A stretch of 64,000 bases of DNA from Saprolegnia diclina VS20 (lineage: Eukaryota), in contig NW_008246072.1 of NCBI RefSeq assembly GCF_000281045.1, positions 699,232 through 763,231 of the forward strand. Direction: 5' to 3'. Made by a program: the position numbers and the translations under genes. The notes beneath the pieces were generated by a model. It ran no database searches and was not told the origin of the DNA. It saw only the letters and a program-made list of their open reading frames with translations. Below are positions 59,796-64,000 of the stretch, piece by piece; position 1 is the stretch's first letter, and every line of letters begins with the position of its first letter.

Positions 59796-60950
59796 ATGAA
59801 CGTTCCTCTCTCTCGGACATCGCGGTCGTGGCACGCACTGCGCAAGCAGACGACGACGCTGCGCATCTCGCCGTCGTCGTCTCGCCACACGAGTCTTGTC
59901 CGGTCGTTCTGGACGCCGTCGTCGCCGCTACAGGTGGCCGTCGCGGGTCTCACAGCCCTCGGTATGAGCACGGTCGTGTCGCCTACCTCGGCGCACAGCC
60001 GCGCACATGCGCACAAGAAGACTACGAGCATTCGTGAGACCTGCGCCACGGACCAATGGACCATCTGCGATGACGCGCTCGGCACAGGAGCCTTTGGTGT
60101 TGTACGTCTTGGCGTCTCGCGCACGACGGGCGAGAAGGCAGCAATCAAGTCGCTGCACGCCCACCGCGCGTCATTGCACCGCGAAATCCACGCGCTGCGA
60201 AAGATCAAGTCGCTTGGCGGTCACAAGAACATCATCGACCTCAAGGACGTGTACACGGACGCGGACGACCGCGTGTGCGTCGTGACCGAACTCGTCGCGG
60301 GCGGCGAGCTCTTTGAGCATATTGTCACCTATGGCGCGTTCTCCGAGCTCGACGCGCGCAAGATGATTCACGACATTGCGCAAGGCATTTTGTTTCTTCA
60401 TGCGAATGGACTCGTGCACAAGGACCTCAAGCCCGAGAATGTGCTTTTGCGCTTCAAGGAAAAGCGCGCCGACAACGAAGCCAAGCTCGCCGACTTTGGC
60501 AGCGCGGGCCCACCCAGCGTGTTTAGCCGCACGGACGACGTCGGCACGTCGGCGTACTTGCCACCGGAGCTCCTTGAAGCCACCAAGGACGGCGTGCTGT
60601 GCTCGCAGGCCGCCGACATGTGGGCGATCGGGTGCATTTTGTACATCTTGCTCACGGGCATGCATCCGTTCGATATGGACGGCGCGCTGCCCGAAGAACT
60701 CATCGAGATGCGCATCAAGAAGAGTGACGTGAGCTTCGACCACCCGCGCTGCACGGATCTCTCGGCCGACGCCAAAGACCTCATTGCCAAGCTCTTGGCC
60801 AAGAACCCAACACACCGCCTCTCTGCGACCGAGATGCTCGAGCACCGATGGATGACGCAACAGTCCCAGACAAACCCGCTATTTACGATCGATATTTTCC
60901 ACCCGACAGACACCACTCGCCCCCTGTACACTAGCGCTACTGAAAAGTAA
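59796..60950 (+). CDS. CAMK-group Ser/Thr protein kinase
   Basis: LGTGAFGVV, AAIK, ELVAGGELFEHI, HKDLKPEN, DFG, GTSAYLPPE, DMWAIG; an upstream ATG at 59733 is also possible. Confidence 0.93.
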   Translation: MNVPLSRTSRSWHALRKQTTTLRISPSSSRHTSLVRSFWTPSSPLQVAVAGLTALGMSTVVSPTSAHSRAHAHKKTTSIRETCATDQWTICDDALGTGAFGVVRLGVSRTTGEKAAIKSLHAHRASLHREIHALRKIKSLGGHKNIIDLKDVYTDADDRVCVVTELVAGGELFEHIVTYGAFSELDARKMIHDIAQGILFLHANGLVHKDLKPENVLLRFKEKRADNEAKLADFGSAGPPSVFSRTDDVGTSAYLPPELLEATKDGVLCSQAADMWAIGCILYILLTGMHPFDMDGALPEELIEMRIKKSDVSFDHPRCTDLSADAKDLIAKLLAKNPTHRLSATEMLEHRWMTQQSQTNPLFTIDIFHPTDTTRPLYTSATEK

Positions 60951-62085
60951 TATACGATTCAATGAACCTGTCTTTTAGCGAGGGACTCGGAGGATTTAGT
61001 ACTGCTGCCCAGCCAAACCGGCAGCACTTACTGATACTAGTATCGCAAGAGCTATCGCAAGCCTATGCAGATGTACAGTCATGGGGATCAGCCGACAACG
61101 CCCAACGACACCCTTTCGAGTTGCTCCACGGCGTCGGCGTACGATGTGGCGAACTTGCACGACCTCCTTTCGGTTTGGCAACGTTGTCGGGCGTGGCCTG
61201 GGAGTGTTGCGAGAGAATGCCTTGAGGTAGGGAAGGACTACTAGTACGATACCCGTGTTGTCAGATGAAGGCTTGCGTGTGGAAGTCAAGTCAAAATATG
61301 CGTTTGGCGACTAGAACGGATAGCTACTACAGTACATAACGACCTAGAAAGCAATCGCTAGGAGATTAATGCGCCGAGAGAGCAGCGTAGCGTAATGAAA
61401 GTCACAAAGAACGTACGAACTAGGTACTAGTACACTACTGCCGTGTTGAGCCCACGTATCGCCAGCGTGGAGCTCCGTTCAATGGGCGCCTCCGAACGAG
61501 TTGCTGTCGCTTGGGCAGCACTCCCTTCGAGCTCTCTCGTCAGTACCGTTTACCACAGAGGTACTACCTCAACGCGACAGAACGTGCTGCTTGCCATCGC
61601 CAGATCTGCCGCAGGCGACCAGCAATTCCACACAAGGTTCAGACGCCGTGGCGTCGACAGCATAGCCCGAACCCACGTCCACCTCTGTCTCTCCGCTGTC
61701 CCCGTACGGTCGCTCGACATTCCATCTTCATCGGCAACCCGCATTCTCTCCCTTCTCCACGCATCATACCGTGACGATCTTGCGTCATCTCTTCACCCGC
61801 CATCTCATCTCGCCAACGCTCCATCAACTCGAGCCAAAGCGTCGATCGGCCAACGACTCTATGGCAACCCAGCAGCAGATCGTACAGCGCCAGAAAGGCC
61901 AAGCAACCCGAGGTGCTTTGACACGGCGTGTTTATCCGTATAACGATCTCGGTATCCGTACCTGCCTGTGGTTGGTGGAACGGCGAAATCCTTTGAAATT
62001 GAATAAAACCCTTTGAGACTGAATGCGATTTGAAAACCAGTCATTTTGGCTGTGGGGAATTGAGTTTGGCATTTGACATTTTACC

Positions 62086-63057
62086 ATGGGTCGTGTTATT
62101 CGTGGCCAACGTAAGGGTGCCGGCTCGATCTTCCGGTCGCACACCAAGACGCGCAAGGGCGCCGCCGCTTTCCGCGTGAACGACTACGTCGAGCGTGAGG
62201 GCTACATCAAGGGCGTGATCAAGGAGATCATCCACGACCCGGGTCGTGGTGCCCCGCTCGCCCGCGTCTCGTTCCGTGACCCGTACCGCTACCGCATCCA
62301 GCACGAGCTCATGATCGCGGCCGAGGGCATGTACACGGGCATGTTCATCTACGCCGGCAAGAAGGCCAACATGGCCGTCGGCAACATCCTCCCGCTCTCG
62401 CAGCTCCCGGAAGGTACCATTGTGTGCAACGTCGAGTGCCGCATCGGCGACAAGGGCAAGTACGCTCGCTGCTCGGGCGACTACGCCGTCATTGTCTCGC
62501 ACGACGAGGACAAGGGCAAGACCAAGATCCGTCTTCCGTCGGGCTCCAAGAAGACCATCCCCTCGGCGTAAGTTTTCCATTCGATATTCGATCGCCCGGG
62601 CGCAAGCCCGTGGCACACGCCCACGCAGTATGCGTACGCTGCTGCGTGGTGCTGTGTAGTAGTTCCCATACTACTTTCCCCGCTTGATGCGGTGCGTAAG
62701 TATTCCGATGGGCGCGCTCGATCTCTCTCTATGGGTTGGCAGGCATTGATGGTCAAGTTGCTGTGTAGCTGCCGTGCTATGGTCGGTGTCGTCGCCGGCG
62801 GTGGCCGCACGGACAAGCCCCTCCTCAAGGCTGGCCGCGCGTACCACAAGTACAAGGTCAAGCGTAACGAGTGGCCCAAGGTGCGTGGTGTTGCCATGAA
62901 CCCCGTGGAGCACCCCCACGGTGGTGGTAACCACCAGCACATTGGTCACCCGTCGACGGTCCGCCGTGACGCGCCCGCCGGTAAGAAGGTCGGTCTCATC
63001 GCCGCCCGCCGCACGGGTCGCCTTCGTGGCATCAAGAAGCTCGAGAAGGACAACTAA
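62086..63057 (+). CDS. RPL8: 60S ribosomal protein L8 (uL2), 2 exons
   Basis: [50 protein letters not shown]; exons 62086-62567 and 62769-63057. Confidence 0.99.
62660..62695 (+). promoter_or_regulatory. Putative 36-nt poison cassette exon in the RPL8 intron
   Basis: Preceded by GCTGTGTAG (same as the real acceptor) and followed by GTAAGT in GC|GTAAGTATTCC (real donor GC|GTAAGTTTTCC); in-frame TGA at 62685-62687. Confidence 0.6.
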
Positions 63058-63123
63058 ATGGTTGGCCTACCTCGCTAGTCTTCAAGTCTTGGAAATGTCA
63101 ATACAACACGACTCAAAACAACA

Positions 63124-63532
63124 NNNNNNNNNNNNNNNNNNNNNNNNNNNNNNNNNNNNNNNNNNNNNNNNNNNNNNNNNNNNNNNNNNNNNNNNNNNNN
63201 NNNNNNNNNNNNNNNNNNNNNNNNNNNNNNNNNNNNNNNNNNNNNNNNNNNNNNNNNNNNNNNNNNNNNNNNNNNNNNNNNNNNNNNNNNNNNNNNNNNN
63301 NNNNNNNNNNNNNNNNNNNNNNNNNNNNNNNNNNNNNNNNNNNNNNNNNNNNNNNNNNNNNNNNNNNNNNNNNNNNNNNNNNNNNNNNNNNNNNNNNNNN
63401 NNNNNNNNNNNNNNNNNNNNNNNNNNNNNNNNNNNNNNNNNNNNNNNNNNNNNNNNNNNNNNNNNNNNNNNNNNNNNNNNNNNNNNNNNNNNNNNNNNNN
63501 NNNNNNNNNNNNNNNNNNNNNNNNNNNNNNNN
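63124..63532. other. Assembly gap
   Basis: Run of N. Confidence 1.
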
Positions 63533-63649
63533 CGGTAGCCGGTCGCAAGATGGCGGCGAGCGTACTGGCATGATCTCCGTACGCGAGCTATTCATAGCGA
63601 CGCGATCGTCGCCGTCGGCTCAATGCAGTTTCGATCTCCAAGTAGTAGC

Positions 63650-64000
63650 ATGGCGCGGCTCGCAGCACGCGAAGACGCATGCAAGCTCCTCGCGCAGAGC
63701 CTCAACGAGAAGGCGTCTTACGATGAACTCATGGACGAGCACCGCAGCGCATGCCAGTGCTGGTCCGTCCTCCTCGAGGTACTCCTACTTCCATGTCCAT
63801 CACGCTAGCCTTCTCATGTGCGCAGGGCCTGCATGTGCCCTGCCTCGACCTCCCGCACGCCTTGCATCATGGCAAGGGCAGTGCGACAAAGCGCGAGCTA
63901 CGAGACACGATGCTCTGGCTCCATCCCATGACGCTCCAGCTCTGCTTCTCCAGTGTCCACGAGTACCACGACCGCATCCCGCGCCTCCCGCTCGCCCATG
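63650..64000 (+). CDS. 5' part of a hypothetical protein running off the window
   Basis: MARLAAREDACKLL...SVLLE, intron 63779-63825, then open frame GLHVPCLDLP...; no domain recognised. Confidence 0.5.

Noticed and set aside
62685..62687. In-frame TGA as selenocysteine
   Set aside because: It would insert 12 aa into the conserved uL2 core, and no SECIS can be supported.
62568..62768. Canonical intronic snoRNA in RPL8
   Set aside because: No RTGATGA/CTGA box pair and no terminal ACA box visible.
62921..63595. ORFs spanning N runs
   Set aside because: Artefacts of assembly gaps.

Overview
Eukaryotic, GC-rich, gene-dense DNA with very short GT-AG introns (about 40-58 nt). It is most consistent with an oomycete of the Saprolegnia type; this is an inference from intron size, codon usage, promoter motifs and gene content. 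About 27 protein-coding genes can be reconstructed by splicing ORF fragments. They include a divergent paralog pair of PDZ-PDZ-PH-C2-coiled-coil-WH2-like proteins, a duplicated Gfo/Idh/MocA oxidoreductase around a Myb/SANT gene, an LRR-like protein, a GyrI-like protein, TFIIH p34/Tfb4, an astacin, a stand-alone tryptophan synthase alpha, a TPR protein, glycine decarboxylase P, mucin-like membrane proteins, an EF-hand protein, sarcosine oxidase, a two-domain membrane nucleotide cyclase, POC5, an RCC1-repeat protein, SAP30BP, a CCCH protein, a CAMK kinase and RPL8. Non-coding elements are a 392-bp Tourist/Harbinger MITE, a degenerate tRNA-like element and three assembly gaps. The most striking observations are: (1) a structured, unusually long RPL8 intron hiding a 36-nt stop-containing cassette exon, a candidate splicing/NMD autoregulation switch; (2) the PDZ-PH-C2-WH2-like pair with an unnamed conserved core and a coding-like relic of its tail; (3) a cyclase with the inverted catalytic-domain order of alveolate guanylyl cyclases; (4) an unfused TrpA. 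All calls come from reading the sequence by eye; no database search was run.
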